Positions 12,474 to 25,009 of a DNA stretch of 64,000 bases are shown here, one piece after another. Each line of letters begins with the position of its first letter. Position 1 is the stretch's first letter. Origin of the DNA: Lama glama (lineage: Eukaryota). The stretch spans positions 71,860,001 to 71,924,000 of the forward strand of contig CM052817.1 in assembly GCA_028534125.1 (NCBI GenBank), written 5' to 3'. Under the pieces are notes generated by a model. That model did not search any database. It saw nothing but the letters and a program-made list of their open reading frames with translations, and had not been told where the DNA came from. A program made the translations under genes and the position numbers.

Positions 12474-13200
12474 CTCGCTGGGACTTGTTCTCACTGTTGG
12501 TAAATGAATGTCACCAGCAGGTTGTGCTGGAACTTCACCTATCAATGTATTAAGACACGTTTCCCCCATTTACTGTTTGGCAAATATCTTCTGCTTGCTT
12601 ACTCCTTAGGGCAATGTTCCAGAGGATACCGTATTCTGTGGTTGTGGTTGGCAGTATCTGACAAGGGTTTTCTGAATCTATCCTTGGTAAAGCCATCTGA
12701 CAGTCTACTGCCCTTTTGCTGAGATCTTTTTCCATTTCTGAATTTTTTTTTCCCCTTAGCTTTCTGGTCTCTAGTAGGGAGTTGGGGCAATCCACTACTG
12801 TAGCTGGCTTCTGGGGCTTATTTCCTGGTCTCATTCTTATAAGCTCTATTTCCTAGAGCTGAGTTTCCTCTGCTACCTCACATTAGGATATCTCCTCTGG
12901 TTCATGTCTGTAATTGACTCGGCAAATTATCACTATAGCAACTCCTGAAGCATTTCTCTCTTCCGTTGGTTCAGCTGATCACTACCTACACTGGCCTTAA
13001 GTTTCTGTTATTGTTGAACTGTTGTTCTTTTGCCACATTTGGGGGTGAAATGGACTGCTCATTTCCTGCTGAAATGGGAGCTGCTGCTGCTTCTCTGTTT
13101 TTTTCCAAGTCTACTTGTTTCCTTCTTCTGGATGAAATCCCCTGTTACTCTGATCATTCTCCTTTGCTTTTGTGGCACCTTTCATTCATGTCATTTTTAT
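12474..13200 (-). pseudogene. PKD1-like exon remnant: WSC domain plus first PKD domain (PKD1 exon 5 equivalent)
   Basis: REKCFRSCYS (12932-12961) vs PKD1 PEACSAFCFS; FRNG (12731-12742) vs FGDG; ALPRID vs VLPGRY; PLEHCPKE*AS vs ALELVCPSSVQS; NGG vs NRGG. Ends EQVPAR vs GEEPAR at donor AG|GTAAGA (GT at 12473-12472). Acceptor not identified; upper bound approximate. Confidence 0.75.
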
Positions 13201-13569
13201 AGTAACCCCAATGATAAGATATAGTGGGATATTACCTTGACAATAGGTTAGCAATCAAGGGTGTTGATAAGACTTTGTAATGATCAACAAATGTAATAAC
13301 TTTTTAACTGTGCATTTGGTACAGACATCACAGTTATCTATGGAGACCAAATAAACACATAGGTAGTACTAAAGAAAGAAAATATAATGAAGGTGTGGTT
13401 ATTTCAGAGATTAAACTCAAGTTCTATGCAGGCATTGATTCTTCACAGAACATGGCAATTCAGCATATTCAGTTCTTGAAAATAATTCTGGGAGATTATT
13501 TTGCTTTTGGGGCAGAGATGTTTAGGTGTCCTTCAATATTATTTTCCACCTTTTTAGTGATAGAATTCT

Positions 13570-14095
13570 TGATTTTAGCTGGGCAAATGGCTGCCCAAAA
13601 TGAAAAACTAATTCCCAGCTTCTCTTGCAGCTAGGTTGGCCATATCATAAAATTCTGGCCAATGGAATGTAAGTTGTTGAAATGTGAAATTGAACTGTGT
13701 CCCTTCAAAAGATATATCAAAGGCCTACCCCCAGTTCCTGTGAATGTAACTGTATTTGAAGATAGGATTTTTTGTAGATATAATTAAGTTAGGGGTCTTG
13801 AGATGAGATGATTTTGGATTAGGTTAGGCCCTAAATCCCATGATATCCTTAGAAGCGAAAGGAGAGAGAGAGACTTGAGACACAGAGACACAGGGAAGAG
13901 GGCTGGGTAAAGAGAGAGGCAGAGACTGGAGTTTTGCTGCCACAAGACAAGGAAAGCCAGGAGCCACTGGACACTGGAAGACTCAAGGAAGGATTTTCCC
14001 CTGAAGTTTGCTGACATGATGAGAGAATACATTCCTATTGCTTTAAGCTGCCAAGTTTGTGGGATTTGTTATGATAATCCTGAGAAATTAGTACA
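13570..14095 (+). mobile_element. MLT1 LTRs: older fragment (about 13570-13672) followed by an MLT1B/C-like solo LTR (about 13675-14095)
   Basis: ttcccagcttctcttgcagctagg...tctggccaatgg; then gaactgtgtccc...ggcagagactggag...gaaattagtaca. Confidence 0.85.
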
Positions 14096-14769
14096 AAGTA
14101 TAACAATTTTAAAAATTTTTAATTAAATTTTACTTTTTTTAACTGAAGGAACATTGGTTTATAACATTATATAAGTTTCATGAAACACTTTTCTAAAAAA
14201 TGAACATATAAGAGATTTATCTAAGTCATAAAATGATAATTTAAACACAGACCTGATGATTTCTTCTTGGGCACTGTGTTTATGCCAGGCTTGAAAGAAG
14301 TCATTAAAGCCATTAATCTGTCATTTAGCAAAAAGTCATTTTCTCCCAGAGTATATTTATCTTGCTAGGATTCTTTGTGGGACCAATCCCATTAGCGCAT
14401 CAGAAATCCATTGTACTTATATGTAAATATAAGTGTCTCTTTGAAGATTTATCAACTGGTTGATGTTCATCAATGAAAATCAAGTGAACAGCTTTTGCTT
14501 AAAATTATACTGCCTTTCCTGGGCAAATGGATGAAGCGTTTCCTTCTCTTCAGAAGGAACTCAGATTCTATAGTAACAAAAACCGGCAATTAGGTTTGGC
14601 AATAAAAGGGGAATGATTACAAACACTATTCATCAATTTTTCAGGGTGGCAAACACTGTATTTAAGATCAATTATTAAAAGAGACAGTAGAGCTGAATAA
14701 TGACATACCAGTAAGTATTCCGACCTGAGTTACCACTGCTATGAATGAGCCTTAGTTAGGTGACAGTGC

Positions 14770-14771
<2 letters not shown>

Positions 14772-14800
<29 letters not shown>
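14772..14800. repeat. (TG)n microsatellite
   Basis: Direct reading. Confidence 0.95.
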
Positions 14801-14804
<4 letters not shown>

Positions 14805-15036
14805 ATATGATTCACAAATTTGTGCTTTATTTTCATAAACACTTTGTTATTCCACCAACTAGAGACTCACTAGTTTGTGAGCTTTCTACTTTCAAAATGT
14901 CTCCTGGGAGAGGGGTGAAACAGGAGCCATCATCCCCCTGTTAACTGGGATGAACTGGATCTCCTCAGTCACCCTCTCCTCCTCCCACTACCTGAATGGT
15001 GTCCTACTGTATACAGTGCATATTAGAATAGAATAC

Positions 15037-15086
<50 letters not shown>

Positions 15087-15126
15087 ATGTATATATATGT
15101 GTGTATGTATTATATATATATATATA
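15037..15126. repeat. Compound (TA)n/(TG)n microsatellite
   Basis: Direct reading. Confidence 0.95.
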
Positions 15127-15509
15127 AAAATAAACACAGCCTTAAGGCCCTAATGATGTGGCCCCCACCTCTCAGCCTGGCCCCTCTCTCCTCTCTCTCT
15201 CTCTTTTTTAATGCTGCTCTTTATGGTTGAGCAGGTATTCCTACTGATGGAGGTTTGTGGCTACATAAGGCAGATACATAATGCACAGTGCAGGGAGAGG
15301 AGGCCAAAGGGCAGAGAAGAATTTATGCTTAAATTTTTCTTGTTTTGCCGTAAAATATGACTTTTATTTCATATACCTTAGAATATTACTAACCTTCTTT
15401 CATATAAATGTTTGTCCTTTATTTTAATTATAGATCCCTCTTGGTGTAAGATAAAAATATTCTTTCCCTTATGATATTAGGATGATAGTATTTATTTTGT
15501 GACTGCCCC

Positions 15510-15906
15510 ATTGCTCCAGCCACAGGTGCCTTTTTCCAGTTCCCAGAGCAAGCCCGATTCTTTCTGTCTCAGCACATTCACACATGCTGTTCCCTCTGCC
15601 TGAACACCCTCTGCCTGGAACACCCTTTTCCCAGGTCTTGTCTGTTGAACTCCTATTTATCCCTCAAGTCTCAGTTTATGTCTGATGTGCTCAGGTAGGC
15701 TTTTACTTTGTGGCACTTATTATAATTTTTAATATTTTGATTTGCTTTTTAAATAGTCTTTGTTTAGTTGTTCAATGTTTGCTTGTTTCGTAACCTCCCT
15801 AAGGACGGGACTGTGGCTCTGGTTTTGTTCTTGCTGCCTCCCTCTGTAGCTAGCCCAGCACCTGGGATGTAGCAGGCACTCAGCAAATATTTGCTGAATG
15901 AATGAA
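15510..15906 (+). mobile_element. L2 LINE 3' end
   Basis: catgctgttccctctgcctg...gtagcaggcactcagcaaatatttgctgaatgaatgaa. Confidence 0.85.
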
Positions 15907-16024
15907 CTGAAATAAGGTTTCTAGTAAGGATACTGGATATACCTCAACAGCTCAGATAGCAAAGTTAGACTAACCAAGGAAATAAATGAATAAAAAAAAA
16001 TCTAGCTTAATAGCATAAGAAGAA

Positions 16025-16196
16025 CAGTGTTTCTCAATTCTGGCTGGTTGTTAAATTCACCTAAGAAGCTTTTATTAACTGATGATGTCCAGACTCCACT
16101 CCAGAAGTTCTGATTTATTTGGTCTGAGATGTGGCCTGAGCATCAGTATTTTTATAAATTCTGATTCTGATGTGTGGCCAGGATGGAAAACTGCTG
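16025..16196. mobile_element. MER5-type hAT-Charlie DNA transposon relic
   Basis: Degenerate TIRs cagtgtttctcaa ... tggaaaactgctg; internal ttctgatttatttggtctg. Confidence 0.8.
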
Positions 16197-17184
16197 ATTC
16201 TGGGTGGTAACGAGTCATACGACACAATCTTCTTTTCTTCTGATATCTTCTTTCATTTTAATCCTATTAATACTTTCATTCTGACTAAGTATTCTGAACA
16301 AAGATGACAATAATTGGATGAAGGTAAAAATATAAAGCATTATATTTGTTAAGTTATCTTGACGTAAATATCCGCAGCATGTTTTGCGTAGTGAAGTACA
16401 CAATGCCGTGCCATAAATTGAAAGTAGATTGAGTGAACAGCCTTAGAAACTGGATGAAAAGAGAGTAGCTTTTGTGACTGTTCTTACAAGCATTGATGTA
16501 AGCCCCGATTCTGGGAAAAGGTGAAAGAGTGTCAGAGAGATCTACCTTATCTTTGGTGGCTTACTCAAGAAGCGGACCTCACTTGGAGGAGGAACACCCA
16601 CACTTCCATCTTCGCAGGCGTAGGTCCTGAGGCATTCCTGCACAGCAAGGTTGTGCTGCGTGGGAGTGCCGTAGCTCCAGCTCTGCAGACATCGTGGGGG
16701 CGCAAACACCACCGTCAGGTAGGGAGACACACCGCGCAGATGAACGAGCAGTGTGCTGTGGTGGAGAAACCTGGAAAATGAGGACCTTCTGACTGTCCCA
16801 AGAGTTCTGTCTCCGGGCCCTGTCTCCCATGCTCCCACTGAAGTGAGTCCGCACCCCCAGGACAGCGCTTATCTAATCGTGTTATGCTTATATGTCTATA
16901 CGTCTTGCCACCAGCCTGCAAGCTCTTTGAGGTCAGAATAACACTTTTTATTTGCTTGGGTATCCCCAGGACTTTACGCACTTCCTGGCACACGGTGGCC
17001 GCTCACTTGCATTTCTGAATAGAAGGGCTTTTGAGCCTGATAGACGTGACTTGTCTCAGCATCCTGGCTCAGTCATACCTGTGACTTTGGGGAAGTTCCT
17101 TTATCTCTTGGGATGGTTATTTCTTTACCTGTGAACTAGAGATAACTTTTCAAATTTGTTACAAGAGTACTTGTCTTAGCCAGG

Positions 17185-17624
17185 TTGGGTAGATGGAATC
17201 ATTGGCCTAATTTCTTCTCTTTTCCCTATACCCATGCCCTTTGCCCTGTAACCTTGCAGTCTCTCTTGGGCTCAGTCATGGCTTTGGTCTGTGAGACGCA
17301 AGCTGATGTGACACCAGCAGGGGCTGGACAGTGCTTGTATTACTGTGTTGCCATCTTGCATTGGTGCCACTGATGTGACAAGAAATTCCCCTGGGCAGCT
17401 GCTGCTCCTACAGTCTGAGCTCCATAAAACAAGGATCCAGGAGGATTGAACTAGAGCCCCGCCTGAGGCAAGGAGCTAAGCGCAATCTGACCCACCTCCG
17501 CAGCCACTGCCTGACGTGAAACTCCCCCCGCTGACTGGCAAGTTTGTGAGTCAGAATTAAATAATACTCGTCATATGCCACTGAGATCCTGCAGCTGTGT
17601 TATGCAAGAATAGTTAACTAATAT
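17185..17624 (+). mobile_element. Old MLT1 (I/J-like) solo LTR
   Basis: cccatgccctttgcc...atgccactgagat...gttatgcaagaatagttaactaatata. Confidence 0.75.
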
Positions 17625-20600
17625 ACCAAGGTTTCCCACGATGTACACAGACTGAGGTGAAATGAAAGCTTATGTGCTGCCCCTTTTAAATAAAGAGACA
17701 TAACAAGGTGGGGGAGTCCTAGGGAAACAGTGAGGGGACAGCATGGGGGGAGGAGGAACAAATACACTCCTGAAAGGTGGCTGATACTATGCTGTAATTA
17801 ATGGTGGTTTTTATTATTAATATACCTTGGGGGAACGGATCGAAAGCTTTCAGTTTTAAAGATAATTCATGGAAAAGCAGATCTTTCTGTTTCGCTGTTT
17901 TCAGAAGTGAAAATTTTGATTTGGGACATTGGAAAAGTGAGCACTGGCTGTTCTTTCCTCAGTTCTACTTTTAGATATTCCAATTCTTTATGATGTCTGG
18001 CAACATCTCTAACACCTTATCTTATTTTGTTGCTCTATTTCTACATGAAGTCACTGGACATTCTGTAAGCATTTTATAGGTAAAGTAAAATCCTGATGTT
18101 TCTATTGTTCTATGAGTGCAAAATGAAATAATTGACAAAGAAAATAAGACTTTGGGTGATGCTAGAAATCTAAGTTTTTCTTATCTTTGTACTATAATTC
18201 AGTAGAGGTGAGATTCAGGATAGTGGTCAGAGATGATGAACTGTACAGGTAAGTTCTTGAGAGCACTAGTTTTGATGAATTTATAACCAGATCTTTAGCA
18301 GAGTCATAACAACAAGGAATGTGATCATATAACTAGGAAGAAGCAAAAGGAAAATATTTGTGGTAAAGAATAAGTTGATAAGCAAAGCTTTTTAGACTGC
18401 ATATTCCTGCTGCCAAGGTAGATCTAATTTAGTGTTTCTTTCTCACCAGCAGGGATTTATATAAAGAAGTTACTTGAAATACAAAAATCTGAATATAAAT
18501 GGTTGAAGGCAAAGATTTCTACTTCTGGGAAAAATTAGCTATATTGTTGTGGGGCTGATTAATAAAACCCAGAACTTATGTAAGTCTAGAGTAAATGGAG
18601 AAAGTGAAGCATTTAAGTGCCAGATGGATCTTTGACCTGCATTTTTGGTTATACTAGTTTCTTAAAAAGGCCCACCCCACACTAAACTTGTCAGCCATTG
18701 CTGAAACAGGTGAAGTTCGAGAGTGTTACATCCTGTATACCAAAGGATAAAGATAATATTTATTTACTGACATTTATGGATAATATAATCCTTAGAGTGC
18801 TTAAATTAAATGTTAAAGTTAATCCTCTTTACATAGCAAACCCCATCAGAATTTGGATGAGAGGACTCAAAGCTCAAGCAAAGTATTGGACACTAAATTA
18901 ATATCATTTTCTAGAATTTCTTAAAAATGAATAACCTAAAAAAGTGAAAAGGAACTTTCCATTGGATGCATGCCTTTGGGGCTTATTTTGAATAGGACTT
19001 CTTTACTAGTAGCTACATAAAAAAGAGGTATATAAAAGTGAACTCTTTTTTTGCTTCAAACTATGGATACATTTATTTGAATCCTCTTTCTTTCTGCATA
19101 GATCTTAAAATGTCTTTTTCTTTCATGTTTATTCTTACCCACCACTATTGTTATTAATAATTTTTAGCCCTAGGGAAGCAGGGATTCCAGAGCCCTGAGG
19201 AGGTAACTTATAAAGAACTGGTGCTTCAAGGTAGTTAGCTGGTTAAATGTCAGTACAAGGGGATAGGGAGTGAATGATGCTGAGGTCAGTGACTCCCTCT
19301 GTGAAAAAGTCCTACTGATGTGGACAAAACCCGGGCCCCTCTCACCCCTGCCAGCAAGCAGTGTTTGGGATAGGAGGAGGGGGGCTACTCAGGCTGGTCT
19401 TGCAGGTGCTGGGGTTGGTGTGTGGGAGTGACTGTCCCGAGGTTGCAGGGTCTCACGCCATGGGATGCTGGGGGTCAAGGGTGGAACAGGAGGAAGCAAA
19501 GGAACAAGTAACACCCTCAGCTAAGGGAGCTGGCAGAGAACAAAAACACGGAGCTGGAGACAACTGAGGAGTGTGAATCTGACAACAGCAAAACCAAATA
19601 AGCAGGTCTGAAAGGTGGGGACTTGAAAAAGTTGGTAGAGACTGTGACTGGCTGAACCTACTTCAGACAGTCAGGTGGCGTCACACAGGAGTTTGGACTC
19701 TGTGCCGGACTGCGCAGGGCTCCGAGAGTCCTCGGCCTGCCCTCTCTCTTGATGACCCAAAAGGCTTGAAAGAGATGGTCATTCAAGAGGACACTCCCGG
19801 CTGATGGGTCTGCAACGCAGTTCATCGATAGCCCATCGGGATACTTGCATTGGGAGCAACTTTCTTTCACTAGAGCAGAAACAAACACTTTGAAAGAAAG
19901 GTGAAAAAAAAGAGATTGTGAAAGTTTTCACCTTCAAACTCTGAAGTTTGTGATTTTTATGCACTTTTTCCCCCCCGAGCCACTGTATGCTCCTTTAAAT
20001 GCTCGCTCTGAGGGAAAGAGTACCAGCAGTCCGGCGGCCCATCGTTCTCTCTCTCTAGTTAGGAGAGAGATGCAAGGAGAGAAGCCAGGCCCGGGAGTGA
20101 CAATACAACCACGACTGCGACTACGACCACGATGACCCCTGGATGCTGCCAACGCCAATGCTACTGTTAGAAACGAGGTCTCTGCAGGTGTGTACCCCCG
20201 CTTTAAAAAAGGTATACCTGTTAAAGGACATTTCATTCCAGAACAAAAATATATTGGTGTGAAACTAAGACGTTAAATACTTTAGTAATGGGCTAAAATC
20301 ACCTGGAATTTATTTCATTCCTTGTGAGTCATTTTTGAGCCTAGATGGATGCAGAGGTGACATTCCAAACGCTCAGCAGACTATGCGGCTGGGCCTGGCC
20401 ATTGGAAGAGCTCCCTGATCACTGCACACATCAGCAGAGCCCGGGAGCTCCCTGCTCTGCGTGGTGCTGCCTCTGCAGCTGCAGGATGGGTTTTGGGGAG
20501 GGCGAGGGTGCCTGCGGGGAGTGTCAGGGGTGGCCCGAACAGTGAGATGGCACTATGGGGGCTCAGAGCATCATCAGTTTACCAATCAATACAGAAGTAT

Positions 20601-21547
20601 TTCCATTTTGTACCAAGAGGTTGGCTCTACCAGCCGAGTATTTGTCCTTCCTTATGGAGATGGCTTGCTTGCTTGTCCTCAGCCTGTGTCACTTTAATGA
20701 CCCCCCTCGGCTCTTCAGAACTGCACTCATCTGGACTGTTTCTGTCGCCATTTCCACAACACGGGTTGTTTCTGTTGGTTTCTGAATAATGTTTTCCCCA
20801 CGCCTTTCCTTGAAATGTGTTCCTATCAAGATATGCACTCAAAGGGTGGCCTGAGGAGCTTTAAATTTCTTACTTTATGGTTTTTGGATTGGTCATGTTA
20901 ACTCCTTGTACTCTATGGTGAACTGAAAATTCAACATATCCAAAATACTTGGAGATCTTCAGATGGTTGTTAGGAACCACATATAAAAAAACTTTTCAAA
21001 TTCAAATTCTTCTAACTCCCCATAGAATGGCTTGTGTGAGGAGCTGAGAGAGTGCTAACTGCCAACATGTGTTTTTGTTGAAATGTATTTGCTAATGTAA
21101 ACAACTTACGCCTGCCTGTGGCACCCAGCACTGTCACGTGTGGCTTGCATGCTACTTGGAGAATGCTGCTCTCACAAAGATTAATACATGTAAATCTGTA
21201 ACTCAGATTTCTGGGCTCGCATGTGTCTCATACAATTAAAGAGGAAGGGAACTCATTTACATTAGGCCAGTGCTCTGAAAACTTCATCATTTGATCACTA
21301 GAAACAGAAGGAAACAAAAAATCAATGAAAAATAGGAAAAAAATTCATAAAAGATGAATTAAATGATAGAGTTTTTTTTTATGCATCTTTTAGTTTGAGT
21401 TTATTTACTGCGAACTTTTTTTTAATACAAAGTATGTTTTTCAAGTAGCTTATCATTGCTAATGTGAGGAAGTGAAAAGGCTTAGTAGCTGTCTTGGATG
21501 TTTAACTAGATAAATCAGAGCTCTTGGACTAATAAAATATTCTAAGG

Positions 21548-21905
21548 CAATGGTTCTCTGGCTTGAACATGTGCTGGAATCACCTGGGAGCTTCTTAAAA
21601 CACAGCTTGCTGGGCCTCATCGCCGGAGTTTTTGTAGCTCTGTGGTGGGGTCTGAGGCTCCACATGTCTTACTAGTTCCCAGATGACACTGCTGCTGCTG
21701 CTGGTCTCCAGGACCAGACTTTGAGAACCACTGAGAGGCAGAGGTTATCGACCTCAGATGCACAGCAGAATCATCAGGAGAGCTTTGAAGCAAAACTCAA
21801 GCTGGGGCTCCACCCTCAGACTTTCTGATCTGATTAGTCTGCAGTGGGTCCTAGGGAATTGGTAATGTTTAAAACTCTCCAGGAGATGATAACTAGGAAC
21901 CACTG
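21548..21905. mobile_element. Two adjacent MER5A-type elements (21548-21733 and 21739-21905)
   Basis: caatggttctc...tttgagaaccactg and cagaggttatc...ggaaccactg, each with the gaatca core. Confidence 0.85.
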
Positions 21906-24237
21906 CCTAAAGATTAATCACTAGCATGGGATTTGTTTTTGGATGGCTTTTGCCTGAATACTAAATATTCAAGGATTTTGAACCTAGGGGTCACTTTTGC
22001 ACTCCGCACAGAATCAGCTAAACTTTTTTTTTGAGCAACTGTAAAATTTGGTGGAAATCAAAACTTATTTCAAAAATGAGTGTTACATTAATATCATAAT
22101 TAGCAGCTACTTGAAAATAACGGCAGTTTCCTCCTAATTCAGGGATGGGGAGGAGAGAAAGGAGGGGCTGGAGTTTTACCTCCCTTTCTTTACATCATCC
22201 CCTTCCACCCTCATCTCCAGTTTCTGAGCCTTCTTCCTTTTTTCCAACCTTTTTTTCAAGGTCATTTGGCTGACTGCAGGAGCTATCCTCCAGATAATAA
22301 TAGGTGGTTTAAACAGAAAAAGCTCTAAGAATGGCCACAAGGGAGCTCAAGGGCACCCGCTGGAGATGGGGTGATCTCTTTTGCAGGGCGCTGGTCCCAG
22401 AGTCAAATGATCAGAGTTCAGATTCTTATTACTTTCTCAGGCTAATGGATCCGTGATTATAGGAGAATCTCTTTGTCCTGATCAACTTTGTTTTTTGTAA
22501 CCATGAAAATAGGGATAACATCTGCCTCCTGTGAGTCTGTTTCAAGGTTTGGATAAAATGGCAAGGATGGGATGCCGATTTCCTTGCTGGCACTGACACC
22601 AGAGCTCCTATGACAAAGCAAGCACACAGGAGACACTTTCTGAGTTTCGGTCAAATTACAACAAACTTCGTAAACTGTGAAGCACTAAATAAGAAGAATC
22701 ACCCTGAGGAAACATGCTTGCTAGTCTCAAGCTCTCTGCACTTCCCCTGCACTTTGGCCTTCATCCTTCCTTGGCCTCTATTCAGCCCTACAGACATTGA
22801 ATGTTTATAATCAGATGATGGAAGCAAAAGCTGATATGGATGCATTTTTTCTTGTTGGAGTAAACATCTGATTATTATCACGTTTCATTTCTCATATATT
22901 CTTTCCATAAAGAATGTGAAATATAGCCTTGTTGACATTATTCCTTTTCCAGAACTTCAGAGGTAATTCTTTCTTTCTGTTGAGAAGGAGTTGTTAGCTG
23001 AAGTTAGGAATTGAAGTCTTGGGTTGTATTTATTCCTAACAGTACTGTGGTACCTCATGTTTTATAAATAACCTTTATTGACTTAACACTGGCACACCTC
23101 AGGTTACTGGTGATAATTATGCCAAAATAACATCTTTCTCCCTTCTAATAATAATTTCTTTGTTTCGTTGTAAACTTGGACTGATAAAAGTCTAATCAGG
23201 CTGATTAAATGAATTTGGGTGGGAGTAGGGATGTCTCATTTGTCAAATTACATGAGTGTAAGAAGGAAAGTGAGCTAGATTTGGCTTTAAGGGCAGTAGC
23301 CTTCATATGCTTGGCAAGGGACATCATTGTATATTTGGGCTGAACAAGTTTTACCATGGCATATAAAGTTCCTTGGTTAATGAATGCTTGTACAATATTA
23401 TCAGAGTCAAGAGGTTGCACATATGCATACATGTAAAAATAGGGAAAATCTTACTTATAATCTTACTTTACAAACTATTTTATAAGGTAGAGTATGTGTT
23501 GATGCCTTTGTGCAAAGCTGACACGTTGATCCAACTTCTATTTTTGCTGAATAGTCAGTATCAAATGAGAAATTATTACATCATAGCTACTTAAAATTTT
23601 TTACACAAAGTATTTTTTTGAAAAGACAGAGCATTTTTATTATTATATAGGTGATGCTATGACATGATATTTTCTTGTGTTGATACAAACAAAACCCTCC
23701 AAAACCAACTTTGAAAGGAAATCCAAGATTTACAAAATGATTAGAAAGTTCTAGTTTTCCCCAAGCAGGAAATCTCAGAAAAAGATCCTTTCTTCTACTC
23801 TCATCTCCCCCCACCTCCCCCTAAGCCTGGATTTCACAGGCAACAGCTTTTCTTGCAGTTGTAAAGTTAGCCTTCAAATATAAACCGAGGTCCTGGGCTC
23901 CATTACTGTTTCTGGCCAGAAAGCTAGAGTCAGTGTTATCTCTAAGTTTGTGAAATTCAGAAAAAAACAGCTCTGTGGTGGCAGGGCTAGAATTTTATAG
24001 CCTGGGTAAGGAATGCCATTGAAGTTGTCAGACTCATAAACTTAAAATGTTTAGATCTCTTGGAGGGAGGGAGTGTGGTGTGATGGTGGAAGAAAAGAAC
24101 GCCAAGTCTACAGGACAATGTCTTACTCCTAAGATGCTCAAACATTTTTACAACTGTAGGTCATGTTTTCCTGCCTCAGTTTCTCCACCCACGTAATGAA
24201 ATAATTCTGAGAATTAACATACCTTTGCACCTGAAAC

Positions 24238-24311
24238 ACTACACTGTACACCAGAAACTGACACATTGTAACTAACTATATTTCAATGTGAAAAAAAACA
24301 AACACAAAAAA
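24238..24311 (+). mobile_element. Very short L1 3' tail (camelid/artiodactyl type)
   Basis: ctgtacaccagaaactgacacattgtaactaactata...A-rich tail; related to the reverse of the 42830-42890 L1 end. Confidence 0.75.
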
Positions 24312-25009
24312 CAGCTTTGCTTAAGGTCTCAGCTTGGATGCTACTTTCTCTCAGGAAGCCTTCCTTGAACCTCTGATTTTTGGTTTGGTGCCTAATTTTT
24401 GAAAATCCAACCCCTGATGCCCAGCTTGAAACTCTACGCCTATCACAAGGTTTTATGTTTGCCTGTTACTTCTCTTTTGACTCCATGTCCTCAGCAACCC
24501 CATCTCTTCGGATTATAAACTCCAGTCTAAAATCTAGTTTTCACTACTATAATTGCAGTGCCTAGCTCTGTGTTGAGGTAGTGGGACACTCAGTGAGTGC
24601 TGATGAATAGAATAAGGGAAGGAAAGAACAGTTCTTTCTTTAGTGCCCAAGGACAAGTCTATACAATGTAATAGAATAGACAAGATTAAAAACATTTTTT
24701 TTGCATGTGTATGTAGGTGTGGGTGGCAAGTGATAGTCTTATTAGCATGGCTCAAAAAGAAAAGAGAAGGTCATGTTGGTGAATGGTTTTTAACAGCCAA
24801 AATGATTCATGGAGGTATGTATGCTTGGCACACGTTTGCTGCTGGAGTGATGGGCAGGGCACAGCTGTGGTGAGAGCATTCTCACTGCCGGATGGACAGC
24901 CTATACCCACAAAAGGAGGGAAGCTCTCTTCTGTTCATTCAGGGACACATCATATGACTGTGAAGGGACTGGACAACCCACACCACTTGAAGTTAGCTGA
25001 GACAGCCAG

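Larger units (their letters stand above)
1..13200 (-). pseudogene. Decayed intron-containing polycystin-1 (PKD1)-paralogue pseudogene, probably pkd1b; 3' part continues beyond the left edge
   Basis: Eleven minus-strand segments, most with a recognisable AG and/or GT site, translate (with stops and frameshifts) to motifs matching human PKD1 exons 5-13 in the correct order. AT-rich and very divergent, so not the functional PKD1. Comparison by eye from memory. Confidence 0.8.

Noticed and set aside
1..13200. Functional PKD1 or PKD1L gene
   Set aside because: Numerous stops, frameshifts, dead donors and a 39-nt intron; composition unlike GC-rich PKD1.
13395..13490. Possible LRR C-terminal cap exon of the fossil gene
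   Set aside because: Only one Cys and no NP-x-x-C-x-C motif; not distinguishable from chance.
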